Origin: Candidatus Eiseniibacteriota bacterium
GTDB taxonomy: Bacteria; Eisenbacteria; RBG-16-71-46; CAVPCR01
DNA length: 64,000 nt
Assembly (NCBI GenBank): GCA_963702435.1
Contig: CAVPCR010000004.1
Span: 370,829 to 434,828 of the forward strand
Reading direction: 5' to 3'
A program made the translations under genes and the position numbers. The notes under the pieces are model-generated. The model had not been told where the DNA came from, searched no databases, and saw only the letters and a program-made list of their open reading frames with translations. The number at the start of each line of letters is the position of its first letter. Positions within the stretch are counted from its first letter, which is position 1. Of this stretch, positions 9,951-19,105 are shown piece by piece.

Positions 9951-10897
9951 TCCCGCGCGCGGCGACGGTCCTGCGCGCAGCGATGATCCCGCGCGCGGCG
10001 ATGGTCCTGCGCACGAGGCCCCGGCGCGCGCGTTGCGTTACCGCGCTCGGCCTCCTGGCCGTCCTGCTCCTCGCCGCGCGCTGCGCCGACGATCCCGCCG
10101 TCGCTCCCTTCCTGCCGCCCGGCGAGGCGGCGATCGAGCTCCGGCTCCTGGCCGGCGAGCTGGCGCCTCCTCCCGCGCCCGGCGCCCCGGCGGGGCCGGG
10201 GGTCGCCCCCTGCGAGCCGCCGCTGCCGGGTCTCGGGGACGTGGTCGCGGTCGAGATCGTGCTGCGCGCCGGGAGCGGCGAGGCGCAAACGCACAGCTTC
10301 GAGATCCCGGCCCACACCGAGTCGAGCGAGCTCGTGATCGACGGACTCGCGGCCGGCAACGGCTATCGCGCGACCGTTACCGCGAGCGTGGACAAGGAGC
10401 CGCTGTTCACGGGCGAGAGCGGCGTCTTCGCGGTGCAGCCGGGCAGCCGCGCCACCGTCGCCGTCCCCCTCCTGCCGGTCGGCCGCCGCGCCGTGCTCGC
10501 GGTCGGGAAGCCCGCTCCCTCCGGGGACGACGTGATCCTGCCCATCCTGGCTGCGAACTCGCTCCCGCTCCGCGGGGTCGAGCTCGATCTCTGCTACGAC
10601 CCCGCCGTGCTCCTCCCGATCGGGGCGGCGGCGGCAGGATCGCGCGTCGCCGCCTTTCGCGGCGCCGGCGGCGAGCCCGTGGAGAGCGGTATCTATCGCG
10701 CCGTTCTGTGGTCGGAGGACGGCGCGGCGCGCATCGGTGCCGGGCAGGACCAGGTTCTCGAGCTCCGTTTCCGTTTCCAGGCCGGTGTGCCGGCCGGCAC
10801 CGTGACCGACCTCGTCTTCGTCGCTGCCCTGGTCGCCGATGATGCTGCGGCGCCGCCGTTCGCGACGTACTTCCTCGACGGGCAGGTGACGCGATGA
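9947..10897 (+). CDS. Cohesin-like domain protein
   Basis: The N-terminal hydrophobic segment is followed by a C-terminal half (VILPILAANSLPLRGVELDLCYDPAVLLP...LELRFRFQAG...) that fits the cohesin pattern. ATGA overlaps on both sides. Confidence 0.5.
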   Translation: MIPRAATVLRAAMIPRAAMVLRTRPRRARCVTALGLLAVLLLAARCADDPAVAPFLPPGEAAIELRLLAGELAPPPAPGAPAGPGVAPCEPPLPGLGDVVAVEIVLRAGSGEAQTHSFEIPAHTESSELVIDGLAAGNGYRATVTASVDKEPLFTGESGVFAVQPGSRATVAVPLLPVGRRAVLAVGKPAPSGDDVILPILAANSLPLRGVELDLCYDPAVLLPIGAAAAGSRVAAFRGAGGEPVESGIYRAVLWSEDGAARIGAGQDQVLELRFRFQAGVPAGTVTDLVFVAALVADDAAAPPFATYFLDGQVTR

Positions 10898-13800
10898 ACG
10901 CCTCGTGCGGTCCGCGCCGCGCACTCAGGGCGTTGCCCGTCTGTCTGATGCTCGTGGCCACCGGTCTCGCGGCGGCCGCTGCGCCGGCCCGCGCCCAGAG
11001 CCCGCCCGTCTCGGTGCCCGGCGGACCCTATGCCGGCAACGAGGGCGAACTGATCGCCTTCGACGGCACGGGCTCCTTCGATCCCGACGGCGGCGCGCTG
11101 ACCTACCTCTGGGATTTCGGCGACGGCGGGACCGCCACCGAGGCCGCGCCCACTCACACCTTCACGACCGGCGGCCTTTTCACGGTGACGCTCGTCGTGA
11201 CTGACGGTGAAGACCTCTCCGATACCGGTACGACGTCGGCCGGCGTGAACGGGACGCCGGTGGCGGAGGCGAACGGGCCGTACACGGGAAACGAGGGAGC
11301 GGCCATCAGCTTCTCGTCGGCGGGGTCGAGCGATCCGGACGGGGATGCGCTCACGTACCGGTGGACGTTCGGGGACGGGGCGACCTCGACGGCGGCGAAC
11401 CCGACGCACACCTACGTGACGGGCGGGCCGTTCACGGCGACGCTGCAGGTGACGGATCCGGGCGGGCTGTTCAACGAAGACACGGCGGCGGTTACGGTGA
11501 ACGGGACGCCGGTGGCGGAGGCGAACGGGCCGTACACGGGAAACGAGGGAGCGGCCATCAGCTTCTCGTCGGCGGGGTCGAGCGATCCGGACGGGCAGCC
11601 GCTCACCTATCGGTGGGACTTCGGGGATGGGGGGACATCCACCCAGGCCAATCCGAACCACACGTACACAACCGGTGGGACCTTCGCAGTGACGCTCCGC
11701 GTCACCGATCCCGACGACCTCTTCGACGAAGACACGACGACGGCAACCGTGAATCGGCCGCCGGTGGCGGAGGCGAACGGGCCGTACACGGGGAACCAGG
11801 GCCAGTCGATCGCGTTCTCATCGGCGGGGTCGAGCGATCCCGACGGGGATGCGCTCACGTACCTGTGGACGTTCGGGGACGGGGCGACGTCGACGGCGGC
11901 GAATCCGAGCCACACCTACGCGACGGGCGGGGTATTCAGTGTCGTCCTCCGCGTCACCGACCCTGACAATCTGTTCGATGAGGACACGGCGACGGCGACG
12001 GTGAACCGGCCGCCGGTGGCGGAGGCGAACGGGCCGTACGCGGGGAACGAGGGAGCGTCCATCAGCTTCTCGTCGGCGGGATCGAGCGATCCCGAGGGGC
12101 AGGCGCTCGCCTATCTGTGGACGTTCGGGGACGGGACGACGTCGACGGCGGCCAATCCCAGTCATGCTTACACGCCGGGCGGCGCCTTCAACGTGACGCT
12201 CCGCGTGACCGATCCCGGTGGGCTCTTCAGCGAGGACACGGCGACGGCGACGGTGAACCGGCCGCCGGTGGCGGATGCGAACGGGCCGTACACGGGGAAC
12301 GAGGGAGCGTCCATCAGCTTCTCGTCGGCGGGATCGGGCGACCCGGACGGGGGCGCCGTGACCTATCGCTGGAACTTCGGGGACGGGTCGACCTCGACGG
12401 TGGCGAACCCGAGCCATACCTACGCGACCGGGGGCGTGTACACGGTGACGCTCGTGGTCACCGATCCAGGCGGGTTGACCGCGACGGATCTCACGAGCGC
12501 GACGGTGAGCGGGACGCCGGTAGCGGAGGCGAACGGGCCGTACACAGGGAACCTGGGCCAGGCGATCGCGTTCTCGTCGGCGGGGTCGAGCGATCCCGAC
12601 GGGCAGCCGCTCACGTATCTGTGGACGTTCGGGGACGGGACGACGTCGACGGCGGCGAATCCGAGCCACACCTACGCGACGGGCGGGGTATTCAATGCCA
12701 TCCTTCGCGTGACCGACCCGGGCGGGTTGTTCGATGAGGACACGGCGACGGCGACGGTGAACCGGCCGCCGGTGGCGGAGGCGAACGGGCCGTACGCTGG
12801 GAACCAGGGCGCACCGATCGCGTTCTCGTCGGCGGGATCGAGCGACCCGGAGGGGCAGGCGCTCACGTACCTGTGGACGTTCGGAGACGGGACGACGTCG
12901 ACGGCGGCCAATCCCAGTCACGCTTACACGCCGGGCGGCACCTTCGACGTGACGCTCCGCGTGACGGACCCGGGGGGGCTCTTCAGCGAGGACACGGCGA
13001 CGGCGACGGTGAACCGGCCGCCGGTGGCGGAGGCGAACGGGCCGTACACGGGAAACGAGGGAGCGACCATCAGCTTCTCGTCGGCGGGATCGGGCGACCC
13101 GGACGGGGGCGCCGTGACCTATCGCTGGAACTTCGGGGACGGGTCGACCTCGACGGTGGCGAACCCGAGCCATACGTATGCGACCGGGGGCGTGTACACG
13201 GTGGCGCTCGTGGTCACCGATCCAGGCGGGTTGACCGCGACGGATCTCACGAGCGCGACGGTGAGCGGGACGCCGGTAGCGGAGGCGAACGGTCCTTACG
13301 GAGCGAACCTGGGCCAGGCGATCGCGTTCTCGTCGGCGGGCTCGATCGATCCGGACGGGCAGGCGCTCACGTACCTGTGGACGTTCGGAGATGGGACGAC
13401 CTCGACCGGGGAGAACCCGAGCCACACCTACGCGACGGGCGGGGTATTCAATGTCGTCCTTCGCGTGACCGACCCGGGCGGGTTGTTTGATGAGGACACG
13501 GCGACGGCGACGGTGAACCGGCCGCCGGTGGCGGAGGCGAACGGGCCGTACGCTGGGAACCAGGGCGCGCCGATCGCGTTCTCGTCGGCGGGATCGAGCG
13601 ACCCGGAGGGGCAGGCGCTCGCCTATCTGTGGACGTTCGGGGACGGGACGACGTCGACGGCGGCCAATCCCAGTCACGCTTACACGCCGGGCGGCACCTT
13701 CAACGTGACGCTGCGCGTGACGGACCCGGGCGGGCTCTTCAGCGAGGACACGGCGACGGCGACGGTGAACCGGCCGCCGGTGGCGGAGGCGAACGGGCCG

Positions 13801-16800
13801 TACGCGGGGAACCAGGGTGCACCGATCGCGTTCTCGTCGGCGGGATCGAGCGACCCGGAGGGGCAGGCGCTCGCCTATCTGTGGACGTTCGGGGACGGGA
13901 CGACGTCGACGGCGGCCAATCCCAGTCACGCCTACACGCCGGGCGGGACGTTCACGGTGACGCTGCGCGTCACGGACCCGGGCGGGCTCTTCAGCGAGGA
14001 CACGGCGACGGCGACGGTGAACCGGCCGCCGGTCGCCGATGCGAACGGGCCGTACGCGGGGAACGAGGGCCAGCCGATCGTATTCTCATCGGCGGGATCG
14101 AGCGACCCGGAGGGACAGGCGCTCACGTACCTGTGGACGTTCGGGGACGGAGCGACGTCGACCGCGGCGAATCCGAGCCACACCTACGTGACGGGCGGGA
14201 CGTTCAACGTGACGCTTCGCGTCACCGATCCGGGCGGTCTCTTCACCGAGGACGCGACACAGGCCGCCGTCGGCCGCACCCCCGTCGCCAACGCGAACGG
14301 GCCGTACACGGGGAACGAGGGCCAGCCGATCGCGTTCTCATCGGCGGGTTCGGGCGATCCCGACGGGCAGCAGATCACGTACCTGTGGACGTTCGGGGAC
14401 GGAGCGACCTCGACCGCGGCGAATCCGAGCCACACCTACGTGACGGGCGGGACGTTCACGGTGACCTTGCGCGTCACCGATCCCGACAATCTCTTCGCCG
14501 AGGACACGGCGCAGGCGCGGGTGAACCGGACGCCGGCGGCGGAGGCGAACGGGCCGTACAGCGGCAACCCCGGCGCTCCGATCGCGTTCTCGTCGGCAGG
14601 GTCGAGCGATCCGGACGGCGACGGGCTCACCTACCGCTGGAGCTTCGGGGACGGGGCGACCTCGACGCAGGCGAACCCGAGCCACGCGTACGCGGCGGGC
14701 GGGACGTACACGGTCACGCTCCGCGTGACCGACCCCGGCGGCCTGTTCAACGAGGATACGGCGCAGGCCGTGGTGAACCGCCCGCCGGTGGCCGAGGCGA
14801 ACGGGCCGTACGCGGGGAACCAGGGAGCAGCCATCAGCTTCTCGTCAACGGGGTCGAGCGATCCGGACGGGCAGGCACTCACGTATCTGTGGACCTTCGG
14901 CGACGGCACGACCTCGACCGCGGCGAACCCGACGCACTCCTACACACCGGGCGGCTCGTTCATCGCGACGCTCCGCGTCACCGATGCCGGCGGCCTGTTC
15001 GCCGAGGACACGGCGCCGGTGGCGGTGAATCGCCCGCCCGTCGCCGACGCCGGACCGGCTCTCTACACCACCGATCGCGGCGTCCCGGCGAGCTTCTCGT
15101 CCGCGGGGTCGAGCGATCCGGACGGCGATCCGCTCACCTATCTCTGGGAGTTCGGGGACGGGACGACCTCGACCCAGGCGAACCCGACGCACATCTACAC
15201 CGCGGGCGGGGCCTTCACGGTGAACCTCCGGGTGCGCGATCCGGGAGGTCTCACCGGCACCGACCTGGCAGCCATGTCCGTGAACGACCTCGCGGTCACT
15301 GCACCGGCGACGGGTGCGGTGTGGTCGGAGGGCTCGACCCAGACCATCACCTGGAGCGTCGTCGGCACGGTGGACACCGTCGTCGTCGAGTATCGGACCG
15401 GCGCCGCCCTGCCCTGGATCCCGCTCGGCACGGTGATCCGCGACACCGAGCTAGAGTGGCAGGTGCCCGACATCGGCACCAGCGACGAGACGGGCGTGCG
15501 GGTCCGCGTGCGCCGCCCGAACGGATTGCTCTCCGACCCGAGCGATCCCTTCACCATCCGGAACCGCGTGCTCCTCGTCACCGCGCCCGGGGGCGATGCG
15601 ATCTACGAGACGGAGGGGACCAACATCGCGTGGACGAGCGTCGGTTTCATCGAGCGGGTGAATCTCCAGTACCGTCTCGCGCCGGGGAGCCCGTGGCTCC
15701 CGATCGCGGCCGATGAACCGGATGACGGGAGCTTCGCCTGGACCCTCCCCGAGGTGACGTCGGATCAGGAGCGCGCGCAGGTCCGGGTGCTCGATGCCGC
15801 CGATACGCTCGCCACATCGGACGCGAGCGCGGAGTTCGCGATCCTCGATCGCACGCTCGCCGTCGATTCGCCTGACCTTGGCGTCGTCTGGTCGGAGGGG
15901 ACCACGCAGACGATCGCCTGGACCGTGGACGGGCCGGTGGACTCGGTGGCGATCGAGTTCCGCCGGAGTCCCCTCGACGGCTACGAGCAGATCGCGCGCC
16001 GCCGGGCGAGCGCGGGCAGCTACTCCTGGTCGGTGGCGGGAGTCACGGCCGACGCCCCCGAGGCGCAGGTACGCGTGCGCGAGACCGCAACGCGCATCGA
16101 TCCGGTCGCCGGCGTGTCCCCGGTGTTCACGATCCAGAACCGCACGCTCGCGATCACCGCCCCGGTCGCCGGCGAGGAGATCTCCGAGCGCGCGCCGTAC
16201 ACGATCCGCTGGCAGAGCGCGGGACGTATCGACAACGTGCGCGTCGAGTACCGGCTGCAATCGGCCGCTCCGTGGCAGGAGATCGCGGCGTCGGCGCCGA
16301 ACACGGGTGCCTACCTGTGGGCCGACCCGCCGGAGGTGACGAGCGACGAGAGCGCGGCGGAGATCCGGGTGACCGATGTGGCCACGGTTCCCGATCTCAC
16401 GCAGACCGTGAGTCCGCCGTTCACGCTCGTCGACCGCGTGCTCGCGCCGACCGCGCCCGCGCCCGGAGCCGTCGCCTGCGAGGCGGATACGCTCACGATC
16501 GCCTGGGGCTCGCGCGGGGCGATCCCGAACGTGACGATCGAGTGGCGGCTCGATCAGGGCTCGCCGTGGCAGCCGGTGGCGACGAACATCTCGAACACGG
16601 GATCGGCAGTCTGGTCGACGCCGGATCTCCCGGCGACAGCAGATGCGGTCGAGCTCCGCCTGCGCCATGCGACCGACCCGAGCGTGGTCGCCGCCTGGGG
16701 GCCCGTAACGCTCCGGAACCGCACGCTCGCGTTCCTCCGGCCGCTCGGCGGCGAGGTCTACTCAGAGGGCGACGCGGTGCCGGTGAGCTGGAGCTCCGAT

Positions 16801-19059
16801 TGCATCGATTCGGTGCGCGTCGAGGCCCGCGTCGACGCCGAGTCACCGTGGCAGCTCCAGGGCCCCGGCGTGTGGTCCAACACGGGCCAGATCATCTGGA
16901 GTGTCATCCGCGTCGACACCAACCAGAACGCGGTCCAGCTCCGCATCGCCGACGCCTCCGACCCCGATCTGGTCGTCGCCGTGTCGCAGCCGTTCACCGT
17001 GCTCAACCGGGTGCTCGACGTCGTGCGCCCGACGGTCACCGACAGCCTGTCGGAGACCGCGACCTTCCCGATCGCCTGGGACTGGGTCGGCACGTTGCAG
17101 CGCGTGACGATCGATTACCGTCTCGATCCCGCGCTCGACTGGGTGCCGATCATCAGCAACATCGTGAACACCGGCACCTACACTTGGACCGTGCCGCTCG
17201 TGGATCGCGACCACCGGAGCGCCCAGATCCGGGTCTTCGACACCAACAACCCGAACACGATCGACGAGGGGGACTCCTTCATCATCATCAACCGGGCTCT
17301 TGCGCTGACGCGCCCGGCGCCGGGCGACACCCTGACCGAGGCGACGGCCGACACGATCCGCTGGTCGACGCGCGGCGTCGTGCCGACGGTGAATGTGAGC
17401 TATCGCGAGCAGCCGGTCGGCGCCTGGCAGGTGATCGCGGCGGGCATTTCGAACACCGGCGTTCTGGCCTGGTCGGTGCCCGAGGTGAGCGGCGATGTCG
17501 TGGGCGCCCAGGTGCGGGTCGAGTCCGCCACGGCGCTTGAGGTGTCCGCCGTGAGCCTGCCCTTCGTCATCCTCGATCGCTCCTTCGCCGTGCTCTCGCC
17601 CGCCGGCGGCGAGAGCTGGTCCGAGGCGACGACCCAGACGATCCGCTGGCAGTCGGTGGGCACCATCGAGTCGGTGAAGATCGAGCTCCTGCTCCCGGGC
17701 GGCGGGACGCAGCTCATCGTCGCCTCGACTCCGAACGACGGCGCCGAGACGTGGTTCATTCCCGATGTCCCGGCGGGCATCGCCGGCGCCCGGATCCGCT
17801 TGACCGACACGCGCCCGCCCTCGGCCAGCGCCACCTCGGCCCCGTTCGACATCGTGAACCGCGCGCTGGCCTTCACCGCGCCGCCCCCCGAGCCTGGGGT
17901 CCAGTGGCGGATCGGGTCGGCCCAGGTCATCCGCTGGACCTCGACCGGGGCCATCGATTCGGTGGCGATCGAGCTCGGCCGGAACGGCCCGGGAGGCGCC
18001 TTCGAGACCCTGATGCCGGCGACGATCAATGACGGGGACTTCGCCTGGGAGGTGACCGGTCCCGAGACGTGGAATGCGGTGCTTCGCGTGCGCGACCTGC
18101 GCGTCGCCGATATTCGCACAGAGACGCCGCTTCTTGCGCTCTATGATCTGGTGCCGCCGGATCTGTGCGCCGATTTCGACCACTCGGGCGGCGTATCGCT
18201 CGACGAGATCGTGCGCGTCGAGGGCATCATCGTCGGCGCGCTCGCGGCCAGCGAGGCGGACTCGCTCGCCGCGGACGGGACGCGTGACGCGGCGATCGAT
18301 ATCCGCGACATCCTGTGCGGCGTGGACGAGATGATTGCGGGCGAACGCGCCGGGAAGGGGCGGCCGTTCGTCGATGCGGGAGTGGAGGAGGCGGCCGCGC
18401 GCGGCGTCGTCGTCGGTGTCGGGGCGGTGGCGGAATCCGGGAGCGTGCCGATCACGGTCGAGGCGCGGGTGCTGCTCGCCGGCCTCCTCGTCGCGATCGA
18501 GATCGACGGCGGGAGCGGCGAGCCCGCGCTCGGGGCGGAGGGCGCAGGGCTCGCCCTCGCCTGGACCGCGACCGGACCCGGCCGTTTCACGGCGACCGTG
18601 CGCCGCGAACCCGGCGGCGCGGGGCTTGCGGCCGGGACGAGCACGCCGCTCCGCGTGCTCGTGCCGGCGAGCGGCGGGGGCGGGGCGGTCGTGCGCATCG
18701 TGCGCGCCGAGGCGGTGGCAATGGACGCGACCCTTCTCCCCGTGCACATCGCCGGCGGGGCCGCGGCCGTCGTGCCGCCCCGGGTCGCCCTCGGCCAGAA
18801 CCGGCCGAATCCGTTCAATCCGGTGACCGTGATCCCCTTCGAGCTGCCGGCGGCCGCGCGCGTCACGCTCGCGGTGCACGACGTGAGCGGACGCCTGGTC
18901 TCGCGTCTCGTCGATGGTGCGGTGTTGCCGGCCGGCTACCACGCCGTGCGCTGGGACGGCCACGACGCGCGCGGCGCCGTCGTGCCGAGCGGCATCTACT
19001 TCGCCACGCTCCGCGCCGGCGGCGAGACCATCACCCGCAAGATGACCGTCATCCGCTGA
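10894..19059 (+). CDS. Giant secreted surface protein: 17 PKD repeats, ten 95-aa repeats, dockerin-like and cohesin-like segments, FlgD-Ig/T9SS-type CTD
   Basis: 2,721-aa uninterrupted ORF with a signal peptide (...AAPARA/QS). PKD consensus WDFGDG...TH.Y...G.Y.V.L.V.D is repeated. C-terminal ...NRPNPFNPVTVIPFELP...VHDVSGRLVSRL...WDGHDARGAVVPSGIYFATL...KMTVIR. Confidence 0.9.
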   Translation: MNASCGPRRALRALPVCLMLVATGLAAAAAPARAQSPPVSVPGGPYAGNEGELIAFDGTGSFDPDGGALTYLWDFGDGGTATEAAPTHTFTTGGLFTVTLVVTDGEDLSDTGTTSAGVNGTPVAEANGPYTGNEGAAISFSSAGSSDPDGDALTYRWTFGDGATSTAANPTHTYVTGGPFTATLQVTDPGGLFNEDTAAVTVNGTPVAEANGPYTGNEGAAISFSSAGSSDPDGQPLTYRWDFGDGGTSTQANPNHTYTTGGTFAVTLRVTDPDDLFDEDTTTATVNRPPVAEANGPYTGNQGQSIAFSSAGSSDPDGDALTYLWTFGDGATSTAANPSHTYATGGVFSVVLRVTDPDNLFDEDTATATVNRPPVAEANGPYAGNEGASISFSSAGSSDPEGQALAYLWTFGDGTTSTAANPSHAYTPGGAFNVTLRVTDPGGLFSEDTATATVNRPPVADANGPYTGNEGASISFSSAGSGDPDGGAVTYRWNFGDGSTSTVANPSHTYATGGVYTVTLVVTDPGGLTATDLTSATVSGTPVAEANGPYTGNLGQAIAFSSAGSSDPDGQPLTYLWTFGDGTTSTAANPSHTYATGGVFNAILRVTDPGGLFDEDTATATVNRPPVAEANGPYAGNQGAPIAFSSAGSSDPEGQALTYLWTFGDGTTSTAANPSHAYTPGGTFDVTLRVTDPGGLFSEDTATATVNRPPVAEANGPYTGNEGATISFSSAGSGDPDGGAVTYRWNFGDGSTSTVANPSHTYATGGVYTVALVVTDPGGLTATDLTSATVSGTPVAEANGPYGANLGQAIAFSSAGSIDPDGQALTYLWTFGDGTTSTGENPSHTYATGGVFNVVLRVTDPGGLFDEDTATATVNRPPVAEANGPYAGNQGAPIAFSSAGSSDPEGQALAYLWTFGDGTTSTAANPSHAYTPGGTFNVTLRVTDPGGLFSEDTATATVNRPPVAEANGPYAGNQGAPIAFSSAGSSDPEGQALAYLWTFGDGTTSTAANPSHAYTPGGTFTVTLRVTDPGGLFSEDTATATVNRPPVADANGPYAGNEGQPIVFSSAGSSDPEGQALTYLWTFGDGATSTAANPSHTYVTGGTFNVTLRVTDPGGLFTEDATQAAVGRTPVANANGPYTGNEGQPIAFSSAGSGDPDGQQITYLWTFGDGATSTAANPSHTYVTGGTFTVTLRVTDPDNLFAEDTAQARVNRTPAAEANGPYSGNPGAPIAFSSAGSSDPDGDGLTYRWSFGDGATSTQANPSHAYAAGGTYTVTLRVTDPGGLFNEDTAQAVVNRPPVAEANGPYAGNQGAAISFSSTGSSDPDGQALTYLWTFGDGTTSTAANPTHSYTPGGSFIATLRVTDAGGLFAEDTAPVAVNRPPVADAGPALYTTDRGVPASFSSAGSSDPDGDPLTYLWEFGDGTTSTQANPTHIYTAGGAFTVNLRVRDPGGLTGTDLAAMSVNDLAVTAPATGAVWSEGSTQTITWSVVGTVDTVVVEYRTGAALPWIPLGTVIRDTELEWQVPDIGTSDETGVRVRVRRPNGLLSDPSDPFTIRNRVLLVTAPGGDAIYETEGTNIAWTSVGFIERVNLQYRLAPGSPWLPIAADEPDDGSFAWTLPEVTSDQERAQVRVLDAADTLATSDASAEFAILDRTLAVDSPDLGVVWSEGTTQTIAWTVDGPVDSVAIEFRRSPLDGYEQIARRRASAGSYSWSVAGVTADAPEAQVRVRETATRIDPVAGVSPVFTIQNRTLAITAPVAGEEISERAPYTIRWQSAGRIDNVRVEYRLQSAAPWQEIAASAPNTGAYLWADPPEVTSDESAAEIRVTDVATVPDLTQTVSPPFTLVDRVLAPTAPAPGAVACEADTLTIAWGSRGAIPNVTIEWRLDQGSPWQPVATNISNTGSAVWSTPDLPATADAVELRLRHATDPSVVAAWGPVTLRNRTLAFLRPLGGEVYSEGDAVPVSWSSDCIDSVRVEARVDAESPWQLQGPGVWSNTGQIIWSVIRVDTNQNAVQLRIADASDPDLVVAVSQPFTVLNRVLDVVRPTVTDSLSETATFPIAWDWVGTLQRVTIDYRLDPALDWVPIISNIVNTGTYTWTVPLVDRDHRSAQIRVFDTNNPNTIDEGDSFIIINRALALTRPAPGDTLTEATADTIRWSTRGVVPTVNVSYREQPVGAWQVIAAGISNTGVLAWSVPEVSGDVVGAQVRVESATALEVSAVSLPFVILDRSFAVLSPAGGESWSEATTQTIRWQSVGTIESVKIELLLPGGGTQLIVASTPNDGAETWFIPDVPAGIAGARIRLTDTRPPSASATSAPFDIVNRALAFTAPPPEPGVQWRIGSAQVIRWTSTGAIDSVAIELGRNGPGGAFETLMPATINDGDFAWEVTGPETWNAVLRVRDLRVADIRTETPLLALYDLVPPDLCADFDHSGGVSLDEIVRVEGIIVGALAASEADSLAADGTRDAAIDIRDILCGVDEMIAGERAGKGRPFVDAGVEEAAARGVVVGVGAVAESGSVPITVEARVLLAGLLVAIEIDGGSGEPALGAEGAGLALAWTATGPGRFTATVRREPGGAGLAAGTSTPLRVLVPASGGGGAVVRIVRAEAVAMDATLLPVHIAGGAAAVVPPRVALGQNRPNPFNPVTVIPFELPAAARVTLAVHDVSGRLVSRLVDGAVLPAGYHAVRWDGHDARGAVVPSGIYFATLRAGGETITRKMTVIR
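10999..15291 (+). repeat. Tandem array of 17 PKD-domain coding repeats (252 bp / 84 aa each)
   Basis: I counted 17 units, each starting (A)NGPY.GN.G..I.F and ending ...TV(N/S)(R/G)(P/T)PVAE. The length of 4,293 bp is 17.0 x 252. Confidence 0.9.
12001..14016 (+). repeat. 756-bp higher-order repeat (3 PKD units), 2 full copies plus a partial third
   Basis: Blocks start at 12001, 12757 and 13513 with the same GTGAACCGGCCGCCGGTGGCGGAGGCGAACGGGCCGTACGC. Units 5-6-7 match units 8-9-10 at roughly 90-95% nt identity by eye. Shadow ORFs recur at a 756-bp offset (12117, 12873, 13629). Confidence 0.85.
15292..18147 (+). repeat. Ten divergent about 95-aa repeats of an unassigned Ig-like module
   Basis: Each unit follows the pattern L.(V/I)..P..G..W..G....I.W...G.I..V.IEYR......W..I......G.Y.W.VP.V.S....(V/I)RV.......S..F.I.NR. 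2,856 bp is 10 x 95 aa. Confidence 0.8.
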
Positions 19060-19105
19060 GGGCCACCGCCGAGATCCCGGTCGCGCGTACGACCGCGGTC
19101 AGGGC

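Noticed and set aside
10999-15291. Near-identical PKD repeats considered as template and variable repeats of a diversity-generating retroelement.
   Set aside because: There is no reverse transcriptase or accessory gene in the window. Differences between units are not adenine-specific and are spread over all codon positions.
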